A DNA stretch of 64,000 nucleotides from Heptranchias perlo (lineage: Eukaryota): the NCBI RefSeq assembly GCF_035084215.1, contig NC_090361.1:6820001-6884000 (forward strand), in the 5' to 3' direction. Below the pieces are notes generated by a model. It saw nothing but the letters and a program-made list of their open reading frames with translations, did not search any database and was not told where the DNA came from. Below are positions 52,491-64,000 of the stretch, piece after piece (the first letter of the stretch is position 1; every line of letters starts with the position of its first letter). A program made the translations under genes and the position numbers.

Positions 52491-53672
52491 AGATTGTAGT
52501 AGAATGAATGTTGGGAGAATGAATGGCAGCTGGGCAACGTGCAGAAAAGAACCTTTACACAAAGCAATTGGGACCCCTTATTGGAATGTGCTCATTTTGT
52601 TTATGAACAAAGATTAGAAAAATACAGCTTGGGGGGCAGGAAGAAGGAAAGGGGATGAGATTTAATTCCCATTTGAAAATACACCCACTGAGGAAGTGAG
52701 TAATAAAATATATTCATCTCACTAAACTTACCACCTTTTTATAATTTGGGCGGGGGGGGGGCAAGGGAGAATGTAACCTGATATTGGAACTCTGGCTGTT
52801 GTGTTTTGCACTCTGAACACATCACCCTAACATGACCCATCTGACTGGATGCAATGAAATGGCCACCTTGAACCTGGAAATCACCTGAGCAATGTTCATG
52901 TACAAACAGGCTTGCATCAAATTACTTTTTCTGCTGTTTTAACAGAGGTGTTCACTTTTTTAAAATAAAATGTTTAAATGGGTCAACCCCTTAGTTTAAA
53001 ATTTGGTACAAGCCCTCAAGCATTGTACAGTAACATTACTGCCAGTAATTTCCAGGATTGGGTGCCCATGCTGTTAGCTTGTTTAACACATTTATCTAGA
53101 TAAGTACACTGTTCAGTGTATTATAAGTGTGAATGAGATTTTACAGTTGATGCCAGTTAATGTCCAGGGGAGCACTGCTTTATAAGTTTTTTGAGAACCA
53201 CTCAATTCCCAAGTGTAATTTAAAATCTGGTGAAGGGATTTTACATAATGGGGATGATCTGATTTAAATTCGAACAATTTCACTTCCATCAGGGGTTTTC
53301 CAATTAACAGGCTTCAACTGTAAGTGTAATTGTACAACTGCCTTTATTCATTCGAAGAAAACAATTAGGTCTAGCAGGACTGCACTGGTTATACACATGG
53401 ATGTTTATTGGCTCTTTCCAAATCCAGGGTCAACTTTGCCTTTGTATTTTCCATTCTTTATATAGGGGTTTCAAGAAGAGGGGGAAAAAAAACTTTATTT
53501 CCAACAAAAATTCAAAAGGAAACTTCAAATTTCTGTACAGACCAAGACTAAAGTTTGTCATTTTAATCTGTTATTTAAATGTTGTAAATTGGTGATTTAA
53601 TCGATGACCGTGTTTTTGGAAAACTTAAGTTCTCTGTGTGCAATACAGAAATACGTTTGAACACATTTCTAC

Positions 53673-53678
53673 AATAAA
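53673..53678 (+). terminator. Probable CALR polyadenylation signal (3' UTR about 1.2 kb)
   Basis: AATAAA followed about 20 nt later by a GT/T-rich tract; more proximal AATAAA near 52702 and 52964. Confidence 0.6.
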
Positions 53679-54504
53679 TACCAATGGAAGTGAAATGAGT
53701 CTTGGTTTTTTTTGTTTCTTTTGGGTCTCTTTCCCCTGGCTTGTAACTCATCGTCCCTTGAGTTTCTATAGCTGAGGTATTCTGTGAATTGGAGTGCAAG
53801 GTCAGTGAACTCTGGTTCATTGCTAAGTCTTTCCTATACTTGCCATTGTGCTGCTCCCCTTTGCTGGCTTCAGCATCTGCTTTCTTCTTCCCTTAGATCT
53901 CTTTATATCTACTGTAGTCTTTTCCCCAGGTTGGCCCTATTGGGTATGCTCTGATCAATCATTCTCTTTACTTTCTCCACATGTTTGAGGGTGTGGAATC
54001 ATTGAATCAGTATTTTACAGCACTGGCTGAGTTAACACATTTAGTCCTATTCCCCTTGCCCCATGCTGTTTTAATTTATTTTTAAAATATTTATCTACTT
54101 CCCTATTGAGCTATTGTGGATTCTGTTTCCACCACTGTTTTTGGTCAGCCAGATCCTAACTATGCTCTTTTGTATTAATAAAAAACCAATTCTGCTTTTT
54201 AAAAAAATTAATGGAGGGTTGCACTTAGTAAACATAAACTCATAACCCCCTCTCCCTTTTTGTTATTTTGGTGATTCAATTTATGCCCTCTAGTCACTGA
54301 AATAACAGTGAAAATAGTTTTACCTGATTCATCTTTTCAAAACTCCTCCGTTTTGAACTATCTCTTAATCTCACTTTTAAATGGAAAGAGCCCCAGATTC
54401 TCATCATCCTGGGATGATTGTTTCCCAGTCATCCAACATCACATCCAGGCTATTTAATTGAGACATAAGAGCCCTATCCTGTCCATACAACACATTTCGG
54501 AGTA

Positions 54505-54935
54505 AAGAAAGAACTTGCATTTCATATAGTGACTTCAGGGCATCCCAATTGCATTTCACAGCCCACTAAGTACTTTTGGAGTGTAGTCACTTTTTGTGGG
54601 AAATGTGGCAGCCAATTTGTGCACAGCAAGCTCCCCCAACAGCAATGGGATAATCCATTTTAGTGATGTTGGTTGAGGGTTAAATATTGGCCAGGACACC
54701 TGGGAGAACTCCCCTGCTCTTCAAAATAGTGCCATGAGATCTTTTACGTCCACTTGAGAGCAGGTGGCCTCGGTTTAACATTATCTGAAAGACTGCACCT
54801 CCGACAGTGCAGCATTCCTTCAATACGGCACTCGCGTGTCGGCCTGAGACTTGTGCTCAAGTTTCTGGAGTGGGACTGGAACCTACAACCTTCTGCCTCA
54901 GAGGCAAGACTGCTGTCCACCGAGCTACAACTGAC
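54505..54935 (-). mobile_element. DeuSINE-like copy, near full length
   Basis: Colinear with 14061..14495. Confidence 0.8.
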
Positions 54936-57900
54936 ATCACTGGGCAGCGACTGAAATGAGAACATTGGAAATTCTTCTTTCTCCATAATCACCCAGAGAA
55001 GTTGAGCCCAATTTTAACCCACCACCAGCCTGGTTAAAATTGGCAAACAGCACCAATCAGGAATTGAGTTCAGGACCTACTTTGTCTGTATGGCTCAGTT
55101 TTACATGGTGGCAGGAAATGTACTTTTGACCATGTAATTTTGGAATGTTGAGTCTAATTACCAGAAGTTCTCTATTGTAAGATTAATGCTATACAAATTA
55201 TGGATGCTGTCTTGTGCCTTTTTCCAAGCACTGGAGTCATTCCCAAACAGAATGTTGATGCAGTCACTTGCTTCCGAACAGAAGCACCACTGCTTGGGTA
55301 AAGTGCTGGAGTGTAGCTACAGTGCTCGTCAAATCCCAATGTAAGTTCTTGTCTAGTCCTGAGGGGCCTGACACTGTGTATCCTCAAAATAGATCAGGGC
55401 CTCAACAGGGAGATGATAAAATTGTGGACACAGGTGCAACTGAAGTTTACAGTGCTAGAGCATAATTGCACAACACAAAGTCAATATGCTCTGAATTGTA
55501 GTACATTGACTCCATAAGATTGCTCTACTTGTGTCAGTCTGTTGCGTCAATGGTTGTTGGAACCTTCAAGTGGAGAAGTTGTCCTCATGGTAATGATGGT
55601 AGTTGATTTAAGAACAGTGTCACATTTCGGTAGTTGTTAGTCTATTCTGAACCATTGCTTTATTTGTGAACACTGCACGGAAATATTTTAAGTGTGTTTT
55701 TCTCTCTCTCTCTCTCTCTCCCCTGAAAGTGTTAATTATTGGGCTGTAATTGGTGCCCTCTGACACCCAGGCTCAATGATGGATTTGGGGGGGGGGGTAA
55801 TATCACAACTAAGAATGATCCTGTCCTTACACAACATGCACTTTCACCAGTGGGTAGTAGTGAGTAATCAGGAGCAGGAACCCTCTGGAGGCCTTTCCCA
55901 TCCTCCTTCCTAGCTCAGGGGCACTGAAGGCAATTGGAGAACCCTGATGGGATTAGCTATCTCAGCATGAACCCAGACGTTGATCCTGTGGGCTGTATGG
56001 CTCAGTTACGTCATCTTCACTAACAACCATTTGGGGGTACCTCAGCATCTAAACTCTTGGAGAGGGTGCAGAGGCAATTTACCTGAATGCTACCAGAGAT
56101 GAGGGACTTCAGTTTTGCAGAAGAGACCAGAGAGCTGGGATTGTTCTTAGAGCAGCGATGGTTAAGGGGAGATTTAATAGAGGTGATCAAAATGATGAGG
56201 GGTTTTGATAGAGTAAATGGGGATAAAGTGTTTCCACTAGTGGGTGGGTCAGAGGACACAGAATTTAGATCATTAATAAAAGAACCATGGGGGTGATGAG
56301 AATTTTTTTTTTACACAGCGAGTTATGATCTGGAACGTACTGGCTGAAAGGGTGGTGAAAGCAGATTCAACAGTAACTTTCAAAAGGGAATTGGATAAAT
56401 ACTTGAAAAGGAAAAAATTAGAGCTATGGGCAAAGAGCAGGGGAATGGGACTAATTGGACAGCTCTTTCAAAGCGCCAGCACAGGTACGATGGGCCGAAT
56501 GACTGCCTTCTGTGCTGTAAGATTCTATGATTCTATCTAACTTTATGCAGAATGTCCTCAGGTAGGTATATAGTACAGGATATACTCGTAGCTGTCCTGT
56601 TTTCACATGCCATTATGGTTAAACGTTTCTTGCCTCGCAAAGGTACAGCCAAGCCTGGTTTTGAGATTTTCATCATGAACCTTGTACACCTACAGAAGAT
56701 GATATCTCCTCGGAAGCGAGTTTAAAGAAACTTAACTTTTATAGTTTCTCTTCTTTCAGGAATATGCCTCTGGCCAGTGCTTACTGACTGACCGCTTTTC
56801 TGAGATTTGAAAGTGACTCCCTCATGGGATCTTACAGCCCCAGCCTCTCCGTTTTCCCCCTTTAAACAGGACAGTTCTGAGCGACGAGCATAGTTGCTAA
56901 CTTCAACATATAACATTTGGGAAAATACGAGATTTTAAAATCCCAACAGCTAAGGAATTTGGAAAAGTAGAGACTGAGGTGACCTAATTCAGGAGTGTGC
57001 GAGCATTTGATCTCCTTGGACCAGTTCTGTGCCTATCACAGAGCCACACATAGAGTTTAAATGCACATTCCATTAATGTGCACATGTCCCAAGCTGCAGA
57101 TGCTAACAGATCTTAGTGTTCTGATTTAGAATTTACCCACCAATGCAGCAACAACCTTTCCCCAACCCCTGTGCTCACTAAGTTTATTTAAACAGGACAA
57201 ATCGGTGAGTAACGGATGACTAGGACTGAGTGGCCTGAGCTTCGTGGGCCAGATCGGCGCGGCTTCCGGTGCACGAAATGTCCTACGGGCTGCGGTGCGG
57301 ACACCTTGATTTAATTGAAGTTTTCAAGATTGTTAAGGAATTGACAATATCGCTCAGGCAGAATACGGGTTCAAAATACCAGAGGACACGAGTTTAAAAA
57401 TTAGGAATTTAGGAGTGAGAAGGGAAGCCAGGTACACACAGGCTAATAGAATTGTGGAATCGGTTAATAGGGAAGACCATGGAAGCTGACAGTACACCTG
57501 GGTTCAAAAGACAATTGGATGCATTTCTGTTGAGGCGGACAGGTGGGCTTATTCTCTGAACAAGAGACGGGCTTGTTTGGGACTGATGGCGTAATCCTGT
57601 TCCTAATTTACCCCCTGTACAAGACGACAACCCTCACTAAATTCCACCCCCCGAAAAATCCATGACTTCTGTAATAAGACGACGTTACAGCATTTCTCTC
57701 CACCCAAATGTTCATCTTGCTGTTGGTTAGTACTCACAAATTCATTTTTTCTCTGGTCGTTCTCATTTTACCGATAATCCACTGGTGCACCAACCCTTCA
57801 GCACTGGGATACTTAACTGGTAATTCTGCCTCCTGGGCCTGGCTGCTGATTTTAAATCTAATAGAAGTTTTCAAAATTATGAAAGGTTTTCAGTGGGCAA

Positions 57901-60597
57901 ATAGTGCAAAATTGTTTCCACTGGTTGGGGAATTGGTAGCAAGGGGACATAGGCTCATCATTATCAAAAGAAAAATGAATCAGGAAGTTAGAATTTTTTT
58001 TCTACACAGAGGGTTATTAGAACATGGAATGCTTTGCCATTATGTCCCAAACACTTTATAGCCAATGAATTATAAACATAAAAAAATGAAGGACAGGGAA
58101 AGACCATTTGGCCCATCGAGCCTCTCCTATAGTGTCATGGTGTAGCTTTTGCACAGAATAACGTTCCCTCCCTCCTCCCAAACGCCCCCCTTCCATGGCC
58201 ACACAATCTGGGAGAAGTAAAATCCAAGAGGAAAAATCATAGGCCGGTTTAAGAAAAATTACTTTTGAAGTGTTGTTTTGTAGATGAATTTGCACACAGC
58301 AAGGCCCACTCACAGCAATGAGATGAATGACCAGTTAACCTGTTTTTGATGATGATGCCAGTTGAGGGATGATCTTTGGCCAGGGCACCAGGAGAACTTG
58401 CCTGTTCTCTTCAAAATAGTACCATGGGATTTTTTGGCACTCACCTGATCATAGGAACATAGGAACAGGAGTAGGCCATTCAGCCCCTCGTGCCTGCTCC
58501 GCCATTTGATAAGATCATGGCTCATCTGTGATCTAACTCCATATACCCGCCTTTGGCCCATATCCCTTAATACCTTTGGTTGCCAAAAAGCTATCTATCT
58601 CAGATTTAAATTTAGCAATTGAGCTAGCATCAATTGCCGTTTGCGGAAGAGAGTTCCAAACTTCTCCCACCCTTTGTGTAGAAATGTTTTCTAATCTCGC
58701 TCCTGAAAGGTCCGGCTCTAATTTTTAGACTGTGCCCCCTACTCCTAGAATCCCCAACCAGCGGAAATAGTTTCTCTCTATCCACCCTATCTGTTCCCCT
58801 TAATATCTTATAAACTTTGATCAGATCACCCCTTAACCTTCGAAACTCTAGAGAATACAACCCCAATTTGTGATCAGGCTCCCTGGTTTAATATCTCATC
58901 TGTAAAATAGATTAATGGGGAAATTAGAACACACAGGTTACATTTCTCTTCAATAAAGGAAGTTTAGGTAACTTGAATTCCATTTTAACTATAAAGCTGT
59001 ATTTCGTTTGGAAGAGTGAGACATGAACCCAACTGTTGTTTATTAAGAGTGACAGTCACTCAGTTTCGTTTAAAAATGTAACTTATTTTGATACAGGTAA
59101 TTCTTAAAAATAAACACATGTTCAAATGGGTTTTCAAACTACAGTATGTCACTCCTACTGATCAGAACTGTCGCTCCTAACACATCTGCAGCCCTCACAG
59201 CTCTGTTTCAAACAGCGAAATCTTCCTGCTGGATTGGCAAATTTTCCTGGTATCATGGGCTCAATACCCCGGTGCTGCTTTTGAAATATGGCAGATTTCA
59301 ATGAGTGCTTGTCATTTATATGAGCCATTAACCTCAATTTTTCACTGATAAATAGATGGTGCAGAGCCTATTATGAGGTAAATTACATATGATGCATGGA
59401 AAGAGAATTAATGTGCCACTTGTTGTTTTCTTAAATAATTATTTCAGCGAGGAGACATCCAACACAATAAGGGTCCTCTGAGTAGTAATTTATTTCTCAG
59501 ATTTCAGTTTACTTGCACAATCAACACTAATAATGCAAAACCTGCTCTAAGGAACATACAGATCTTAAATAGAGCTCAGCCCCATTTCAGTGGCACCAAT
59601 ATTTAATTTAAATAAACACCCTTACGACGCTATTTAAAGAGGCACCCTTTTATCCTATAACAGTCCAAATGGTTTTTTAATTATAGAATGGTAGAGCACA
59701 GAAGGCAGCCATTCGGCCCATCGTGCTGGCTCCTTGAATGAGCTATCCAATTAGTCCCACTTCCTTGCCCTTTCCCCACAGCCCTGAAAATTTTCCCCTT
59801 ATTTATCCAATTCCCTTTTGAGAGTTACTATTGAATCTGCTTCCACCACCCTTTCAGGCAGTGCATTCCAGATAACTTCCTGCATTAAAAATGTTCTCCT
59901 CATGTCACTGGTTGACAGCACAGTTTTTCTTTGGGTAATTGGGTAATTCAGCTTTTTCCCCCCGAAGGACAGGGGGTTCCCTGGGACAGTGGTCTTTGCA
60001 GATGGTGTCTCACAGGGAAAAAAAAGTTTAAAAACAAATATACCCGAGAACTTTAATTTAGTTATTTCTTTCCTTCTGTGATCGCCTTCTACCACACACC
60101 AACCACAATGAAGTGGCTAAACAAACTAATGGCATGTGCTTTCTTTATTTGATGCGCTTTGCCTATATAATAATTCAAAAGTAGTGTAGTAGTGCAGAGT
60201 GAAGCACTTTGGGACATTCTGAGGATGTGAAAAGGCACTTTTTAAATGCAAGTTGCTAGTGGCAATTGACAGAACTACGTTTGTGCATTTTCCACACACA
60301 AAGCTGTCAAAATTGGGGAACTTTAGGAATATATCACCATAAAGAGGGAGAAAAAAATGTTATGAGTGACTTAAATGGCACAGACTCGCATCTGGAGACT
60401 TATTTCACAGAAATGAATTAATACTTCAATGACCTGTTGGTACAAGGAGCCTGGAAAGAAATGGACAAACAGTTCAGCAGAGCAACTGATATGCAAGAAT
60501 TTTACGTTACAATAAAAATTGTTTTGATACACGAGAAAAAAAAAAGAGGGAGAAAGATATTGGACCCATTAAAACCAAACATGAAGCTGGGGGTGAA

Positions 60598-60895
60598 ATG
60601 GGGGGGTGGGGGGGGGGGAAGTCAGAGGATCTCCTCGTGGGTCTGCTCCTGGGCCTGGCCAAGGCAGCCTGTGGGGGTGGTCGCTCTGACTGCCTGCCTC
60701 TCTTCCGGGGCCGGGTGACCCTGCGGACAGAGCACGCGGTATCCGCCAGTACGCTTGAGGCCTTCCGTGACTGGTGGGCACCGCGGGAACTGGAATTCAT
60801 AGTGGACACTGGGAGCAACAGTATCATTTAATTTTATAAGTTTCCTTCGTTTTATGGTTTGGTTCCTTATTATTTGTGCCCCTCTAAAAAAGAGT
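60598..60895 (+). mobile_element. Tx1/L1-clade LINE 3' end
   Basis: EDLLVGLLLGLAKAA...DCLPLFRG...STLEAFRDWWAP, resembling Tx1-type ORF2 C-termini. Confidence 0.65.
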
Positions 60896-61149
60896 GCACT
60901 TTTGTTTTGTCTCCTCATTGGTTTTATTTAGAAAAGGCATGAAGTTGTGACTATTTTAAAGATATGAATATATATTTACATCTGAAAATAGGTTACACTT
61001 TTCATAATAAAAATAAGTGGCTATTGTAAATAAGTGAGGCCTTAAAAAATGAAAGATTTGGAAAGCACTTTTTTGGGGCAGTGACTTGTCACTTTTTCCC
61101 CCCCTGGAAAGACTCAAAGCTTCAGGTTGGTGGCCATTTTCCAGGCCAT

Positions 61150-61600
61150 AATAACGTGGTTGCTAGGGACCTGGCGCTCGTCTCCAGGCGATGACGTAGC
61201 GCGGCCGGTCTCCTGGCGACGACGTTGCGCGCTGACGCAGCGCTGCGTGAAGATGGCGGCGGTGTGAGACTTTGACACCTGTCGGCCTGGTGGAAATTTC
61301 CAGCAAATTCAAGAAGAAGCGGGATAGTCGGAGAGCCCCCCAGAGGGGGGGACCGGGCCGGCCGCCGCCATCATCATCAATCATCATGCTCATCACCGTG
61401 AAAACGCTGCAGCAGCAAACGTTCAAATCGAGATAGAGCCCGAGCAAACGGTGAGGCGCCGGGGGCCTCGGGGGAGCGGGAGCCCGGGGCGGGGCGGGGA
61501 GGGGAGGCGGTCAGCCCACCCACCGGGCCGCGGCTAATGGCCCCAAGTACAGAAAGGACATTAAAAGCCACCCGGCGGGAGAGTGCACAGAGAGCAGATT
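61150..61600 (+). promoter_or_regulatory. RAD23A CpG island / promoter
   Basis: High CpG density; TGACGT; GCTGACGCAGC; YY1-type AAGATGGCGGC at 61250..61260. Confidence 0.8.
61386..61450 (+). CDS. RAD23A: RAD23 homolog exon 1 (UBL domain start), with a 1-nt frameshift as assembled
   Basis: MLITVKTLQQQTFK, then (I)EIEPEQT|gtgagg in a shifted frame; matches the RAD23 N-terminus. The A paralog is assigned from its position next to CALR. Confidence 0.85.
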
Positions 61601-61605
61601 CACCG

Positions 61606-61960
61606 TGGGGAGGGGTGGGGGGAGAGAGGGGGGGGGGTGGGTGGGGGAGGAGAGGGGGGGGGGTGGGTGGGGGGAGGGGGGGGGGGGGGGGGGTGGGTGG
61701 GGGGAGGAGAGGGGGGGGGTGGGTGGGGGAGGAGAGGGGGGGGGGGTGGTGGGGGGAGGAGAGGGGGGGGGGGAGGAGGGGGTGGGGGAGCAGAGGGGGG
61801 GGGAGCAGGGGGGGGGTGGGTGGGGGGAGGGGGGGGGGGGGGAGGGGAGGGGGGGGGTGGGGGGAGGGGAGGGGGGGGGGAGGGGAGGGGGGGGGTGGGG
61901 AGGGGGGGGGGTGGGGGGAGGAGAGGAAGGAGGAGTGGGGGGAGGGAGGGAGGGTGGGAA
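61606..61960 (+). repeat. G-rich low-complexity tandem tract in RAD23A intron 1
   Basis: Imperfect repeats of GGGTGGGGGAGGAGAGGGGGGG. Confidence 0.95.
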
Positions 61961-61971
61961 GGTGCAGTTAT

Positions 61972-62378
61972 GAAAGAAGAGAATTTGCATTTAAATAGCG
62001 CCTTTCACCACCTCAGGACGTCCAAAGCCAATTTACAGCCAACTAAGTACTTTTTATTTTATGTATAGTCACTGTTGTAATGTAGGGAACGCAGCAGCCA
62101 ACTTGTGCACAGCAAGATCCAACAAACAGCAATTTGATAATGACTGGATCATCTGTTTTAGTGATGTTGGTTGAGGGATAAATATTGGCCAGGACACCGG
62201 GGAGAACTCCCCTGCTCTTCTTTGAAATGGTGCCATGGGATCTTTTACGTCCACCTGAGAGGGCAAACGGGGCCTCGATTTAAGGGTATCTCCGACGGTG
62301 CAGCACTCCCTCAGTACTGCGCTGGGAGTGCCAGCCTAGATTTTGTGCTCAAGTACTCCGAGGCGAGAGTGCTACCAC
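61972..62378 (-). mobile_element. DeuSINE-like copy
   Basis: Colinear with 14061..14495. Confidence 0.8.
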
Positions 62379-63407
62379 GAAAAACCCGAGACACTGAGAA
62401 TGTTTCAGCTGGGGCAGAGGCTTTTAAAATGATAGGGCAAATAGGGAATGTATGTTTCCTGAGGTTGGAGAGTCAGCGATGAGGGCTTATCAGTTTAAAG
62501 CTATCACTGAAAGTGAGGGGAGAGGTTAGGAGCAATGTCTTTACCCAGAGTGTCACTGGAGCATGAAATGCCTTGCCACAAGGATAGTTGGGACAGAGAC
62601 CATTGCATCTTTAGGGACAATTGGATAAATAATTCAAGTAGATGTGAGGAAAAACTTTTTTATGCAGCGAGTAGTTATGATCTGGAATGCGCTGCCTGAA
62701 AGGGCGTTGGATGAAGATTCAATTGTGGCTTTTAAAAGGAATTGGATAAATATTTAAAGAGAAAAAATTTGCAGGACTATGGGGAAAGAGCGGGGGAATG
62801 GGACTAACTGGATTGCTCTTACAAACAGCCGAATGGCGCCCTCCTGTGTTGTAACGATTCTATGATTTTATGATTCTAGAGGAAGATATAGGACTATGGG
62901 GGAGAAATTAATTTTGGATTACTCCAGCAGCATCGGCTGTAAATTTATGTATGGGGTGGTCTTTTGTGCTCGTTAAGCTGAGGAGCAACAGCCCCTGCAA
63001 TTGAGAGTAATTCACTCAGAGTGAATGCATGTTTCTGACAGATGTGATGGAGCCTCAGTTAACTGATGCCTTTTATTAAGATGAAAGATTGGGTTGTGGA
63101 GTAGCCCTGCTTGCACTTAATGGGTAGGGTGGTCTTAGTTGGACAATCAATGGGAAGCTTGCCAGTTCTCTGTGCTCGTAAGCAAACCTGCAGAAACCTT
63201 AATGTCCATTCATTACAGGAGCAGGTACCAATAATCTTCAGAAGTATGCACTTAAATGGGAGTAATTAGTATAAATCTATAGGACTTTTAATACTGGATC
63301 GAAGACAGCACTTAGCACCTTTCTGCATAAAATATATTGAGCTGTTGGAGTATTAACCTGTGTGTGATATGGCAGCAGTTCTTTAAGTGTTTTGGTGCCT
63401 CTGCTGC

Positions 63408-63800
63408 GATTAGTGTGACTCTCGCCTCTGAGTCAGAAGGTTGTGGGTTCAAGCTCTATTACGGACTTGACTACATAATCTAGGCTGACACTTGAGTGCA
63501 GTATTGAGTGCTGCGTTGTTCGAGGTACTGTTTCACACGAGACATTAAATTCAGGCTCTGTCTGCATGTTCAGGTCCCATGCCACTTTTTCGAAGAAGAG
63601 TAGGAAGTTTTCCCAGTGGCTTGGCCAACATTTATCCCTTGCTGAACACCACCAAAACACATTAATTACTCATTCACCCCATTGCTGTTATAGGATCTTT
63701 CTGTGCGCAAATTGGCTGCCACATTTGCCTACGTAACAACAGCGACTACACTTCAAAAGTAATTCATTGGCTGTGAAGTGCTTTGGGACATCCTTTCCGT
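63408..63800 (+). mobile_element. DeuSINE-like copy
   Basis: Head ctcgcctctgagtcagaaggttgtgggttcaag, central domain and tail. Confidence 0.78.
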
Positions 63801-64000
63801 CTTTTTTTGTCACTGATGTGCAAGATTATTCATATCATTCACAGTATTATTGCATGTGTTGTGTCATCATTTCTAATATATAGAGTGAATTATATATGTG
63901 CACTAATCACCTTAAATAGTGTTAATAACATATATGCCAGAAATATTTTTAAAAATGTATTCCTTAAATTATCATTCATAGAATTACCAATAGCACGACT

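Noticed and set aside
52270-52567. Antisense Ser-rich and Pro/His-rich ORFs over CALR exon 9
   Set aside because: Mirror effect of purine-rich acidic codons.
61511-62068. Pro-rich and Gly-rich ORFs of 120-160 aa
   Set aside because: Translations of the G-rich low-complexity tract.
63408-63470. tRNA gene
   Set aside because: tRNA-derived SINE head that continues into SINE body; no complete cloverleaf.

Overview
Vertebrate genomic DNA. The repeat content (DeuSINE/SacSINE1-like SINEs, CR1 and L2 LINE tails, Penelope-type hammerhead repeats) points to a cartilaginous fish; this taxon call is inferred. The window carries the FARSA-CALR-RAD23A gene order also seen on human 19p13. FARSA is on the minus strand: coding exons 1-12 lie at 24609..1552, and the last exon was not found, so it probably lies left of the window. 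CALR is complete on the plus strand: 9 exons, 38344..52490, 415 aa, ending in KDEL, with an ERSE/CCAAT/TATA promoter. RAD23A exon 1 is at 61386..61450 and is 1 nt short of an intact frame. Most of the remaining sequence is SINE/LINE/LTR/MITE remnants, plus a ~3.2-kb hairpin-unit minisatellite in FARSA intron 1. The most unusual structure is a very young ~390-bp insertion at 32318..32705. It has two perfect 99-bp inverted arms, each carrying a minimal Penelope-type hammerhead ribozyme motif. The arms enclose an exact 156-bp copy of DNA from 591 bp downstream, and a 16-bp direct repeat flanks the whole insertion. Exon coordinates were read by hand from splice sites; repeat boundaries are approximate unless stated.
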